A DNA stretch of 58,917 nucleotides from Nocardiopsaceae bacterium (GTDB taxonomy: Bacteria; Actinomycetota; Actinomycetes; Streptosporangiales; Streptosporangiaceae). Every line of letters begins with the position of its first letter. Positions within the stretch are counted from its first letter, which is position 1. Made by a program: the position numbers and the translations under genes. The notes under the pieces were generated by a model that saw only the letters and a program-made list of their open reading frames with translations, had not been told where the DNA came from and did not search any database. Of the stretch, positions 47,003 through 55,062 are shown piece after piece. The DNA lies in NCBI GenBank assembly GCA_017354375.1, contig JAFMRC010000002.1:1-58917 (forward strand), in the 5' to 3' direction.

Positions 47003-48782
47003 CACCCCGCCGCCCGTGCCCGACGCTCCGTCACCCGCCCCGCCGCCCGTCGTCGGCTTCGTGGGCCTGGGCAACATGGGCGCGCCGATGGCCCGGCGCC
47101 TGATCGAGGCGGGATACCAGGTCCGCGGTTTCGACGTGAGCGAGGCCGCCCTGGCCAGGTTCGCGGCAACCGCCGCCACCCCGGGAGCCCTGGGAGCCCC
47201 GAGGACCCCGGGAGCCCCGGGAGCCCCGGGGGCCGCGGTGGCCGTGACGTCCGCCGCGGAGGCCGCGGCCGGCGCCGGCGTGGTGATCCTCATGCTTCCC
47301 GACTCGGACGCCGTCGAGGCGGTCGCGGGCGATCCCGGATTCACCGCGGCGCTCGCCCCCGGCACCACCGTGATCGACATGAGCTCATCCGAGCCGGAGC
47401 GCACGCGCGGCCTCGCGCGGTCGCTCGGGGAGCACGGCGTGGCGTTCGTCGATGCCCCGGTATCCGGCGGTGTCAAGGGAGCGGTCGCGGGGAAGCTCGC
47501 GGTCATGGCCGGCGGGGCCGACGCCGACGTGCGCCGCGTCGAGAACATGCTGGCCTGCTTCGGCACGGTCTACCGGGCCGGGCCCGTGGGCGCCGGCCAC
47601 GCGGTGAAGGCCCTGAACAACCTGATGTCGGCGACGCATCTTCTCGTGTCGAGCGAGGCGATCGTTGCCGGCCAGCGGTTCGGCGTGGACCCGGAAGCGA
47701 TGCTCGCGATCGTCAACGCGTCCAGCGGCCGGAGCGGATCGACCGAGAACAAGTGGCCCAACTACATCCTGCCCGAGACCTACGGTTCGGGGTTCAGCCT
47801 GCGCCTGATGCTCAAGGACATGCGGATCGCCGTCGGGCTCGCCGGGCAGGTGGGGATGCCGAGCCGCCTCGGCGAGCAGGCCCTGGCGCTGTGGGCGGAG
47901 GCCGAGCGGGCGCTGCCCGCGACCGCCGATCACACCGAGATCGCCCGCTGGGCCCGCGCCGCCCCCGCATCACCAAAGGAGGCACCGGCCGTGGAGAAAC
48001 TCACCCCGCGCCAGGAGGAAATCAAGGCCGAGTTCATCGACAGCCGCAAGACGTGGGGCGAGGACTGGGAGGCGATCCTGCGCCTCGACCCCGATTTCCT
48101 GCACGCCTACCTCGGCTTCTCGGCGATCCCATGGCGGCAGAATCACCTGCCGGACAAGGTCAAGGAACTCATCTGCATCGCGGTCGACGCGAACGCCACC
48201 CACATGTACCTGCCCGGGGTCCGGCAGCACGTCAGTGCGGCGCTCGACGCCGGCGCCACCGCCGCCGAGGTCATGGAAGTGCTCGAGCTGTCGGCGACGC
48301 TCGGCATCCACGCGATGAACATCGGCGTGCCCATCCTCACCGAGGTCCTCAGGGAGGAAGGCCTGCGCACCGAACCCGCTCCGCTCAGCGCGCGGCAGGA
48401 GGAAATCAAGGCCGCCTTCACCGAGAATCGCGGCTACTGGCATGAGTTCTGGGACGAGATGCTGGAACTCGATCCCGAACTGTTCGCCGCCTACACGGAG
48501 TTCTCCTCGGTCCCGTGGCGCACGGGGACGCTGGAGCCGAAGGTCAAGGAGCTCGTCTACATCGCCTTCGACACCGCCGCGACCCACCTGTACACGAAGG
48601 GCCTCAAGGCCCACATCCGGAACGCCATCGGGTACGGCGCGACCGCCGGGGAGATCCTCGAGGTGATGGAGATCGCGTCGGTGCTGGGCATGCACGCCGT
48701 CAACGCCGCGGCCCCGATCCTCGCCGGACAGCTGGAAGGAGAGCCGGAAGAAGACCAGCCGGAAGGAGGCCAGCGCGGATGA
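46995..48782 (+). CDS. HIBADH-family dehydrogenase in frame with a double carboxymuconolactone-decarboxylase (AhpD/CMD) domain; the CMD part has its own RBS and GTG at 47991
   Basis: GFVGLGNMG, VDAPVSGG, KALNN; then LPDKVKELICIAVDA..TH and LEPKVKELVYIAFD..ATH repeats. Confidence 0.88.
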   Translation: MPDTPPPVPDAPSPAPPPVVGFVGLGNMGAPMARRLIEAGYQVRGFDVSEAALARFAATAATPGALGAPRTPGAPGAPGAAVAVTSAAEAAAGAGVVILMLPDSDAVEAVAGDPGFTAALAPGTTVIDMSSSEPERTRGLARSLGEHGVAFVDAPVSGGVKGAVAGKLAVMAGGADADVRRVENMLACFGTVYRAGPVGAGHAVKALNNLMSATHLLVSSEAIVAGQRFGVDPEAMLAIVNASSGRSGSTENKWPNYILPETYGSGFSLRLMLKDMRIAVGLAGQVGMPSRLGEQALALWAEAERALPATADHTEIARWARAAPASPKEAPAVEKLTPRQEEIKAEFIDSRKTWGEDWEAILRLDPDFLHAYLGFSAIPWRQNHLPDKVKELICIAVDANATHMYLPGVRQHVSAALDAGATAAEVMEVLELSATLGIHAMNIGVPILTEVLREEGLRTEPAPLSARQEEIKAAFTENRGYWHEFWDEMLELDPELFAAYTEFSSVPWRTGTLEPKVKELVYIAFDTAATHLYTKGLKAHIRNAIGYGATAGEILEVMEIASVLGMHAVNAAAPILAGQLEGEPEEDQPEGGQRG

Positions 48783-48898
48783 CCATGGACGGGACGTGGT
48801 CGCCGCCCCCGATCGGACGCGTGGCCGCGCCCTTGCGCGACCAGGTGCTGGAGGTAGTGCGCCAGGGGATCCTGGATTTCCGCGACGGCACCCCATAA
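48779..48898 (+). pseudogene. Truncated GntR-family regulator (N-terminus only)
   Basis: ATGA-coupled start, RVAAPLRDQVLEVVRQGILDF, then an abrupt stop before the HTH. Confidence 0.7.
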
Positions 48899-48950
48899 CC
48901 CGATCACAACCCAGAACCTTTTCCCCCGAACGGATAGTCGCGACTCTCGC
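48880..48950 (+). repeat. Repeat family B copy at the GntR truncation point
   Basis: ACCCCATA...AACCTTTTCCCCCGAACGGATAGTCGCGACTCTC. Confidence 0.75.
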
Positions 48951-48971
48951 CCCGCCCGCCATCTCGCTCCC

Positions 48972-49076
48972 CTAACCCGGTGACCATCCGGCCGCGCGGA
49001 GAGCCCCCGGGACGGCCTTCCGGCCCAGGCTGCGGTCGAGGAAGAACCTAGGCGGCGGCTGACCTGGTGACGACAC
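48972..49076 (-). pseudogene. Truncated VapC45-like PIN toxin
   Basis: Hand translation from GTG 49076: ...PRFFLDRSLGRKAVPGALRAAGWSPG*, overlapping the antitoxin stop. Confidence 0.75.
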
Positions 49077-49791
49077 GGATCGCGTCCTCGACCTCGTCGC
49101 GGGACAGGCCGAACTCCCCGGCTACGGCATCGACCGGCTCGCCTGCCCGGAACAGGTCGATCACGTCATCGACACTGGCCCCTCCACTAGCGAACCTCGG
49201 ACGGCCGAAAGCGTGGTCCGGGTCGATCGTCACCTTGGCGACCTCGTACTGAGGAAGCCGGATCATCTGGGCATAGCCGTCCGGGGCGAAATCGACCCGC
49301 CGCAGGTACAGGTCCACGACCTCGCTGAATACTCGCTGGTCGTTCCTTACCACGACGAGTTCGCGTGCGTAATCACCATCCGGCGTGCTCGCCGCGTGCC
49401 GCGCGTAGTCGTACAGGACTTCCGCCCCGTCGGTGTACAGCCGCTTGCTCGCCAGGGCGTGCTCAAGCCCCAGTTCCCGCGCCAGCACAGCGACGGCGGG
49501 ACGGATCCGCTGCATCGGAACACCAGCGTTCCGGAACGCCGCCAGCACGTACGCCTCGGCGAGCCCGATGAACGGGACCGCTGGATCATTCCGGCGCGCG
49601 GGCCGCGCCGCGGTGATGACCGGCTCCGCCCGGACAGCGCGAGCACCCGCCCCGCGCCGCCGCTCGTAGCCGTACGCCCAGGTCGTCAGCGTGGACGGCG
49701 GGACGGCGATGTAATTCGCCGCTTCCCCGATGCCGTATAGCAACGTCGCGAACCGGTCTACGCGCAAGCCCTTCACCTCCCGCCCGCTCAA
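49048..49791 (-). CDS. DUF433-domain antitoxin (VapB45/Rv2018-like)
   Basis: LYGIGEAANYIAVPPSTL..W, FIGLAEAYVL, IDPDHAFGRPRF...AGEPVDAVAGEFGLS. Confidence 0.88.
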   Translation of the reverse strand: MSGREVKGLRVDRFATLLYGIGEAANYIAVPPSTLTTWAYGYERRRGAGARAVRAEPVITAARPARRNDPAVPFIGLAEAYVLAAFRNAGVPMQRIRPAVAVLARELGLEHALASKRLYTDGAEVLYDYARHAASTPDGDYARELVVVRNDQRVFSEVVDLYLRRVDFAPDGYAQMIRLPQYEVAKVTIDPDHAFGRPRFASGGASVDDVIDLFRAGEPVDAVAGEFGLSRDEVEDAIRVVTRSAAA

Positions 49792-49955
49792 GGGCCGTCA
49801 TCTCGATCTGTCCTCATTGTGCCCTAGCCATGGCTCCATTCTGCGAACAAACACGCGACCGGGATTAATTGTCCACCGTGAGAACAGCGCCGACACTAGG
49901 GTGGCCGACATGACGGGTGACGTATTCGAGGAGACGCTGACGGCGCGCCGCCGAC

Positions 49956-50738
49956 GTGGACCCGCTTCTCCTCGCCCTCGCGGTGGAATGCGAACTCGCG
50001 GAGCGCAAGGACGGCACGCTTGTCCCAGGCGAGGACGCCGGATGGCTGGATGATCTCGCCGAAGGCGGTGCCCTGGAGGCGTGGGACTACGCGTTCGGGA
50101 AGGTCCTGGATACCACGATCGAGGCGGCGGGTAACACGGGGCCGCGGGTCGGCAGGGACCTGGACTTGAAGGGCCACGGGATCGCCCTGGCCGTGGAACT
50201 GTTCCTCGGTGGCCGGGCGGGAGTCCCCGTCACCGCTCTATCCGAGAGCGTGAAGAGCGCGGTGGTCGCCGAAGTCCCGCCGGAGGCCGCCGAGCGTCAG
50301 TGGAAGGAGTGGACCGAGGCCCACGGCGACCCCGCTGAGGTCCTGCTCGGGCAGCTCGCGAAACTCTCCGCGGTCACCGTCAACGACGGAACGGCACGCC
50401 TGGAACCGCTCGCCCTGCACACGGTCGCCACCAAGCTGCGCGCCTGCGACGTGGGCGTGCCGGATCTCCCGCCGCCGACCGAGATGACCGCGGACGACGT
50501 GGTGCTACTGAGCATGTTCGGGACCGAGGAGGACTTCGCGGAGGACTTCGCATCCTGGATAGCCGAAAGTAGTCCCGAAGACGCCGCACGGGAACTGCTC
50601 GCCCTCGCCGCGAGCGATGGCACCAACGGGAGCGCAAGGACCCGGACCACGGCGCTCCAGGTCATATCCCGGCTCGGGGATGCCGCCGAGCCAGCGCTGC
50701 GGGAAGGGCTCGATCGCCCTGAGCTGCTGAATCGGTAA
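49956..50738 (+). CDS. Hypothetical acidic helical protein, possibly a fragment
   Basis: Plausible codon bias; the upstream ATG at 49910 is out of frame; ends inside the convergent ORF. Confidence 0.5.
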   Translation: MDPLLLALAVECELAERKDGTLVPGEDAGWLDDLAEGGALEAWDYAFGKVLDTTIEAAGNTGPRVGRDLDLKGHGIALAVELFLGGRAGVPVTALSESVKSAVVAEVPPEAAERQWKEWTEAHGDPAEVLLGQLAKLSAVTVNDGTARLEPLALHTVATKLRACDVGVPDLPPPTEMTADDVVLLSMFGTEEDFAEDFASWIAESSPEDAARELLALAASDGTNGSARTRTTALQVISRLGDAAEPALREGLDRPELLNR

Positions 50739-52109
50739 CGAACTGGCCCGATAGGCTTCCAGCCCGTCGTTCTGGCTGTCCGCGATGCCGACGTCCGGGT
50801 CGGCCACGACCGGCGCGATACCGGGAGAGTCGTTCACGTCCTTGCCGGTGCGGGCGTTCACGATGACCGGGCCGTTTGCCGTGGTCCCGTACACCATGCC
50901 GTCGTAGGCCTCGGTAATGTCCGGCGCGACCCGGTTCGCCTTCTTGTCCGGAAGCCGCCAGAGCACCCGTCCCGTCGTCCCGTCGACCGCGAACGCCGCC
51001 TGGCCCTGCCCGCCATCCGCGGACCCGCAGACCACGGTTCTCTGGCCGTCGAACTGGCATGTCCACGGCAGGCTCAGGCCGACAGGCGAGGCCGGCTGGT
51101 TAGCGATGACCGATCCCTTCCCGTTGCCCGCGCCGAGCAGCGAGATGATGTCGTTCCCGCTGTTCTCATCGGCGGCCTCGACGAGGATCGTGCCCTGCCC
51201 TCCCTGCTGGACATTCGCCGCCGAGACCGCCTCGGACCGCTTCCACTCCGCCTTCCCGTTCTGGATGTCGATCCCGGCCACCCGCAGCGTGTCACCCTCG
51301 GAATGGCTGCCCAGGCCGTACCGCTGCCCGGAGGGATCGATCGTGCCCACCGCAGTGTCCCCGGCAACCGCCCCCGCGACAAAGGAGGCGTCCTGCCAGA
51401 TCGCCTTCCGGGCCGTCAGGTCGAAGGCCACCGTCCGGTAGTTGTCGTCGTTGTCGCCGACCACGGCGACAACGTAGCGGCCCGCGACGCCAGCGAGCGT
51501 GACGGTCGGCTGGCCGCTGATATCCGACGGCTGGACGGGCAGCGGGGCAAGGATCCGCCAGAGGCGGTGCGCGTGCGCGTCAACAGCATCGAGTTCCACG
51601 GCGGCCGACGGCGGGACCGTGCCCTTCCCGGGAACGCGGACGACGTAGCCGACCAGCGCGACCTGCTGGCCGCCGATGCTCACCACCAGGGGAGGCGCGG
51701 GCGCGGCACCGACCACGCCGCTGTCCGCGCCGGCCGGAGGATCCGGAACCGCGTAGGCCGACCGTGCCGATCCGGCCGTCTGGCCCGTGCCCAGGTTCAT
51801 CACCCGTACCGCTGTCCCGGTCGCGAGGAACAACGTGTACCCGTCCAGCGCCACCGGGGGCGGGCCTTGCTGTTCTCCGCCCAGGCTCGTATTCGCGCTG
51901 GCGACATCGGGCAACGGGATCCCTGCCCGGCTGAAGGCCGTAGGCGGCCCGCGCCGCGCCTTCAGCGCTGGCTTAGCTGGCCCGGATCCGTGCGAGGCGG
52001 CCGGTGGACCGGAACCGCTGCCCCCGCCGCAGCCGGCGGCCAGCGCGCAGGCCAGGGGGCAGGCTAGCGCGCAGGCCAGGGTCATAAGTACGCTTCTCGC
52101 CGTTTTCAT
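50505..52109 (-). CDS. Secreted lipoprotein with PQQ-like beta-propeller repeats
   Basis: Signal peptide ending LAAG-C; repeats AFDLTARKAIW, IDIQNGKAEW, VDGTTGRVLW, VNARTGK; last ~75 aa probably read-through. Confidence 0.75.
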   Translation of the reverse strand: MKTARSVLMTLACALACPLACALAAGCGGGSGSGPPAASHGSGPAKPALKARRGPPTAFSRAGIPLPDVASANTSLGGEQQGPPPVALDGYTLFLATGTAVRVMNLGTGQTAGSARSAYAVPDPPAGADSGVVGAAPAPPLVVSIGGQQVALVGYVVRVPGKGTVPPSAAVELDAVDAHAHRLWRILAPLPVQPSDISGQPTVTLAGVAGRYVVAVVGDNDDNYRTVAFDLTARKAIWQDASFVAGAVAGDTAVGTIDPSGQRYGLGSHSEGDTLRVAGIDIQNGKAEWKRSEAVSAANVQQGGQGTILVEAADENSGNDIISLLGAGNGKGSVIANQPASPVGLSLPWTCQFDGQRTVVCGSADGGQGQAAFAVDGTTGRVLWRLPDKKANRVAPDITEAYDGMVYGTTANGPVIVNARTGKDVNDSPGIAPVVADPDVGIADSQNDGLEAYRASSLPIQQLRAIEPFPQRWLGGIPEPGYDLERRGPGPCAPVGAIARGEGEQFPCGVFGTTFGYPGCEVLREVLLGPEHAQ

Positions 52110-52233
52110 CCGATACACCCCGTATATATGCAACTACGGAACGAAGAACGACATGAAGAAGACTAGACCCTTTGCCGGGTCATTACCGGAGTTTCGCGGC
52201 TTCTCGGCGAACTCGCGCCCGGCGCGTGGGCGG

Positions 52234-53400
52234 TCAGGTGCTGGCCTTCTCCAGCGCCTGGGCGAAGTCGCCGACCAGGTCCTGGGCTCCCTCGATGCCG
52301 CAGCTGACCCGGACCAGGTCCGCGGTGATGCCGAGGCGGTCCCGGTCCTCAGCGCTCATGCCCGCGTGCGAGGTGGCGGCCGGCCGGGTGATGAGCGTTT
52401 CCACTCCCCCGAGGCTCGGCGCCGCGTACGCCAGGGTCATCGCGTCCAGCAGGGCCTGCGCGGCCCGCTCGCCGCCGCGCGGCCGCAGGCTCAGCATGCC
52501 GCCGAAGCCGGACAGCAGCTTCGCCGCGTGGGCGTGATCGGGATGGGACGCCAGGCCGGGATAGTTCACCGCGGCGACCGCCGGATGGTCCTCCAGGAAC
52601 CGGGCCAGGGCCAGGGCGTTGGCGTTCTGGGCCTGCACCCGCAGGGCGAGGGTCTTGATGCCCCGGGCCAGCAGGAAGCCCGCGTGCGGATCGAGGGCGC
52701 CGCCGAAGTGGTTGAGCGTCTTGCGCACCCGCTCGACCAGGTCCGCGCTGCCCATCACCGCGCCGGCGACCAGGTCCGAGTGGCCACCCAGGTACTTGGT
52801 CGCGCTGTGGAAGGCCACGTCGAAGCCGGCCGACAGCGGGCGGAAGTTCACCGGGGACGCGAACGTGTTGTCGATGACCGTGACGATCCCCTCGCGCCGC
52901 CCGAAGTCCGCCACCTGGTCCAGCGCCCCGACCCGCATCAGCGGGTTGGTGATCGTCTCGACGAGGAAGGCCCTGGTCCGCGAAGTGCGCGCGGCCTCCC
53001 AGGTCTCCGGCCGCCCGGCGTCCACGAAGGTGTAAGACCAGCCCAGGTCCGCCGCGTGACCGGTCAGGAAGTCATGCGTCCCGCCGTAGAGGCAGTCGCT
53101 GGCCAGCAGGTGATCCCCGGCGCGCATCAGGCTGAGCAGGATCGTCGTCACCGCCGCCATCCCGGACGACGTGGCGACCGCGGCCTCGGCGCCCTCCAGG
53201 GCCGCGAGCTTGTCGTGCAGGTAGTCCTGGGACGGCGTCGAGTTGAGCCGGATGTACTTCAGGTCGTGGTAGCCCGTCCCCGGCTCGACCTCGTACACCG
53301 TCCCCTGGTAGATCGGGAAGACCACGGAGCCGTCGGGCCCGGGCCGGCGTTCCCCGCCATGGACCGCCACGGTGTCCATCGATTCGCCGTTTCCGTTCAC
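52234..53400 (-). CDS. Cys/Met metabolism PLP-dependent enzyme (cystathionine gamma-synthase/lyase family)
   Basis: SSGMAA, ETITNP, VIDNTFASP, HSATKYLGGHSD, SLGGVETL, RVSCGIE. Confidence 0.92.
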   Translation of the reverse strand: MNGNGESMDTVAVHGGERRPGPDGSVVFPIYQGTVYEVEPGTGYHDLKYIRLNSTPSQDYLHDKLAALEGAEAAVATSSGMAAVTTILLSLMRAGDHLLASDCLYGGTHDFLTGHAADLGWSYTFVDAGRPETWEAARTSRTRAFLVETITNPLMRVGALDQVADFGRREGIVTVIDNTFASPVNFRPLSAGFDVAFHSATKYLGGHSDLVAGAVMGSADLVERVRKTLNHFGGALDPHAGFLLARGIKTLALRVQAQNANALALARFLEDHPAVAAVNYPGLASHPDHAHAAKLLSGFGGMLSLRPRGGERAAQALLDAMTLAYAAPSLGGVETLITRPAATSHAGMSAEDRDRLGITADLVRVSCGIEGAQDLVGDFAQALEKAST

Positions 53401-53471
53401 GCGGCCCCTCCTGCCCCGTCGTAACCACCACAACCATCAAAACAGCCCGTCACGGATCAAGGATCCCATCT

Positions 53472-53493
53472 GGCCAGGGAACTGGCCTATACT
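53472..53493 (+). promoter_or_regulatory. TA operator IR GGCCAG-N4-CTGGCC next to -10 TATACT; probable leaderless start at ATG 53500
   Basis: IR and -10 seen directly; no RBS before the ATG. Confidence 0.55.
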
Positions 53494-53781
53494 ATGGCCA
53501 TGGTAATCCTCTCGATCGCCGAGGCCAAGGACAAGCTCTCAGCCGTGATCAATGACGTCGCCTCGACCCACGAGCACTATACGATCACGCGGAACGGCAA
53601 CCCGGTAGCCATCGTCCTGCCGACCGACGATCTCGAGGCCCTGGAAGAAACGATCTTCTGGCTTGAGCGGGAGATCGCCAGGCTCCGCGTCGGCGCGCCC
53701 GTCCACGACGGCCCCGACACCAGCGGTGACGAGATGGCCGCGATCATGGAGCAGCGCCGCCAGGAGAGCGGGACGGCGTGA
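53494..53781 (+). CDS. Phd/YefM-family antitoxin
   Basis: LSIAEAKDKLSAVI...ITRNGNPVAIV...LEALEET. Confidence 0.92.
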   Translation: MAMVILSIAEAKDKLSAVINDVASTHEHYTITRNGNPVAIVLPTDDLEALEETIFWLEREIARLRVGAPVHDGPDTSGDEMAAIMEQRRQESGTA

Positions 53782-54059
53782 CCGAGCCCTACCAGCTCTC
53801 GGTCAAGGCTCAGGCCCGCCGGGCACTGGAACGCGCTCTTGCGCCATCGGCGGCGTTCGCCGCATGGGAGTTCATTAACGGCCCGCTCCGCGACAATCCC
53901 AAGCGGGTAGGGAAACCCCTCGTCGCGCCGTTCCAAGGCGACTGGTCAGCCCGGCGTGGCCATTACCGGGTCCGCTACCGGATCGATGACGACAAGCGCC
54001 TCATCACCATTATCGACGTCGCCGACCGATCCGATATCTACCACCCAGGGCGATCCTAA
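53778..54059 (+). CDS. RelE/ParE-family toxin
   Basis: GPLRDNPKRVGKPL...WSARRGHYRVRYRID...HPG; GTGA overlap with the antitoxin. Confidence 0.92.
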   Translation: MTEPYQLSVKAQARRALERALAPSAAFAAWEFINGPLRDNPKRVGKPLVAPFQGDWSARRGHYRVRYRIDDDKRLITIIDVADRSDIYHPGRS

Positions 54060-54083
54060 GACGCGAGCTGGCATGATCCTGGC

Positions 54084-54785
54084 ATGCGACCGGTCTTCGT
54101 CCTCGTGCACAGCCCATCCGTCGGACCCTCCACCTGGCGGCCCGTCGCCGAACGGCTGACGGCCGCGGGCCATCGGGCCCGGCTGCCCTCGCTGCTGGGC
54201 GTCGGGGACGGCGAGCCGCCGTTCTGGCCCCGGGCCGTGAGCGCCGTCCGCGACGACCTCGGCGGGGTTCCGGCCGATACCCCCGTCATCCTGGTCGCCC
54301 ACAGCAACGCGGGGCTGTTCGTGCCCGTGATCCGCGCGGGGCTCGGCCACCCGGTCGCGGGCTCGATCTTCGTCGATGCCGCGCTGCCGGCCGCGACGGG
54401 GGCGACGCCGGTCGCCCCGGGCGAGCTGCTGGAGTTCCTGCGCCCCAAGGCCCGCGACGGCGGCGTGTTGCCCCGATGGACCGACTGGTGGGACGAGGCG
54501 GATGTCGCGCCGATGTTCCCCGACCAGGCAACCAGGCGCACCATCACCAACGAACAGCCTGCCCTGCCGCTGTCCTACTACGAGCAATCCATCCCGGTCC
54601 CCGAGGGGTGGGACGACCATCCCTGCGCCTACCTGCTGTTCGGCCCGCCGTACGACGAGGACGCCGAGGAGGCGCGGCAGCGGGGCTGGCGCGTCGCCCG
54701 CCTGCCCGGCGAGCACCTGCACCAGGTCGTCGACCCCGGAGCCGTGGCGCGGCTGCTAACCGAGCTGGCCGGCTCCCTGGTCTAG
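54084..54785 (+). CDS. Alpha/beta hydrolase-fold protein
   Basis: FVLVHSPSVG, LVAHSNAG, FVDAALP, PGEHLH. Confidence 0.85.
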   Translation: MRPVFVLVHSPSVGPSTWRPVAERLTAAGHRARLPSLLGVGDGEPPFWPRAVSAVRDDLGGVPADTPVILVAHSNAGLFVPVIRAGLGHPVAGSIFVDAALPAATGATPVAPGELLEFLRPKARDGGVLPRWTDWWDEADVAPMFPDQATRRTITNEQPALPLSYYEQSIPVPEGWDDHPCAYLLFGPPYDEDAEEARQRGWRVARLPGEHLHQVVDPGAVARLLTELAGSLV

Positions 54786-54876
54786 CGTGGCCGCCCGGCC
54801 GGCGCTGCCGCCGGGACGTTCCGCTAGCCCGAACTGGCCCTTGCGGGGGCTGGCTGATGAGGTCTCACAATGGGAG

Positions 54877-54986
54877 CTTTGCCTGAACTTCTGTCTTTAC
54901 CTGAACGCGTGACGCCAGCAATCGTTTGCATCGCCGATTTAGCGTCACGGACTCGGGTAAAGTCACGGACTCAGGTAAAGGCAAAG
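54877..54986. repeat. Composite palindrome with a duplicated right arm, between convergent genes
   Basis: CTTTACCTGAACGCGTGACGC (54895-54915) pairs imperfectly with GCGTCACGGACTCGGGTAAAG (54942-54962); 18-bp arm tandemly duplicated (54944-54979). Confidence 0.7.
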
Positions 54987-55011
54987 ACCTAGGCGTCGGG
55001 GTCAGGTGCGG

Positions 55012-55052
55012 CTGGGGAGGCGCGACCATCCGTTCGGGATAATGGCTCTGGG
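55012..55052 (-). repeat. Repeat family B copy
   Basis: CTGGGGAGGCGCGACCATCCGTTCGGGATAATGG. Confidence 0.75.
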
Positions 55053-55062
55053 ATCGCGACGC

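Noticed and set aside
47178-47232. In-frame GGAGCCCCG-type microsatellite in the second HIBADH (similar ones in sseB and the ABC tail)
   Set aside because: Ordinary slippage expansions in loop regions; no evidence of function.
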